NCBI GenBank assembly: GCA_965237415.1
Contig: CBDEFM010000002.1
Span: 160,001-224,000, forward strand
Length of the DNA stretch: 64,000 nt
Reading direction: 5' to 3'
Origin: Alphaproteobacteria bacterium
Lineage (GTDB): Bacteria; Pseudomonadota; Alphaproteobacteria; UBA828
The notes under the pieces were generated by a model that did no database searches, was not told where the DNA came from, and was given only the letters and a program-made list of their open reading frames with translations. The translations under genes and the position numbers were made by a program. Positions 63,221 to 64,000 of this stretch are shown in pieces. Positions within the stretch are counted from its first letter, which is position 1. Each line of letters opens with the position of its first letter.

Positions 63221-64000
63221 CTAGCGTCGATAGGCCGCGGCGGGGTGTTGCGCCGGCAGGCGCGCACGGCCGAAGAGTTTCTCGCGGAGCGTGCCCGGCG
63301 CGTAGTCCGATTGCACAAGCCCGCGCCGGCGGAGCTCCGGCACCACGCCGTCGATGAAGTCCGCGAAGGTGCCGGGCGTGACCGCATAGACGATGTTGAA
63401 GCCGTCCACGCCCGCCTCGTGCCAGGTCTGGAACGTGTCTGCGATTTGTTCGGGCGTCCCGGTAAGGAACTGGCCGGAGGCGCGGGAGCGCACGAGATCG
63501 CGGAAGGTGAGCGACTTGTCCGGCGCAGACTCGATCAGCCCCTTGACGACGCCCTGTATGGCATCGGTCTCGAGGCTTGCCAGCGGTGTGTCGAGATCGA
63601 TCGTGCCGAGGTCCACGCCCACGCTGCCGCTCATGTGCGCGAGGCCGCCGTCGACGCTCGATTGCGCCAGATAGTCCGCTGCCTTGGCCTTGGCCTCCGC
63701 TTCCGTCCCACCCACCACCGGGGTGACACCCTGGAAGAACAGAATGTCCTCGGGTTGTCGCCCGCGCCGCGCGGCGCGGGCGCGGATATCCTGAACGACG
63801 CCGGCGGACGTCTTCAGGCTCCGCATGGAAGCGAACATGAACACGCACTCCGCATGGGTGGCGGCGAACTCCCGCCCCCGCTCGGACGAGCCCGCCTGGA
63901 AGAGCAGCGGCGTGCGCTGCGGCGAGGGCTCGGAGAGGTGAGGGCCCTCGACCTCGTAATAGTCGCCGGCATGGTCGATGGTGTGAATCTTGGCGGGGTC
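63221..64000 (-). CDS. NtaA/DmoA-family luciferase-like flavin monooxygenase, 3' part
   Basis: PSPQRTPLLFQAGSS.RG..FAA.HAE (manual translation), GTPEQIAD, DGFN, VVPELRRRGL....Y..GTLREKL. Confidence 0.88.
   Translation of the reverse strand, partial: DPAKIHTIDHAGDYYEVEGPHLSEPSPQRTPLLFQAGSSERGREFAATHAECVFMFASMRSLKTSAGVVQDIRARAARRGRQPEDILFFQGVTPVVGGTEAEAKAKAADYLAQSSVDGGLAHMSGSVGVDLGTIDLDTPLASLETDAIQGVVKGLIESAPDKSLTFRDLVRSRASGQFLTGTPEQIADTFQTWHEAGVDGFNIVYAVTPGTFADFIDGVVPELRRRGLVQSDYAPGTLREKLFGRARLPAQHPAAAYRR

Overview
High-GC bacterial chromosome segment, most likely alphaproteobacterial (inferred from gene content and Rhizobiales/Rhodospirillales-type palindromic repeats). The housekeeping and metabolic backbone includes a radC 3' end, an nsrR-like regulator next to copper nitrite reductase nirK, a fused 2-oxoacid dehydrogenase E1 alpha/beta, isovaleryl-CoA dehydrogenase, tRNA-Leu(TAA), a fused ABC exporter, cofC and fbiC (F420 precursor synthesis), pyrB/C/D/F/E, two class III aminotransferases, a sugar-type ABC uptake operon, gpmI, OsmC and an LLM monooxygenase. 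Accessory DNA interrupts it in five places. (i) IS481 with a TIR/SEFIR gene. (ii) A lower-GC 1442-aa methyltransferase/coiled-coil/glycosyltransferase gene carrying a 14 x 42-bp in-frame tandem repeat, a candidate tunable glycan-length ruler. (iii) A SLATT-like 2TM gene coupled to an unannotated 31-aa polyproline ORF. (iv) A 33.4-48.4 kb zone of nested ISNCY, IS256 and IS1595 elements carrying a MobF relaxase module with three tandem RHH genes. (v) A dispersed intergenic repeat family with phased GGGAT motifs in three copies. All calls come from motif recognition by eye; no database searches were run.
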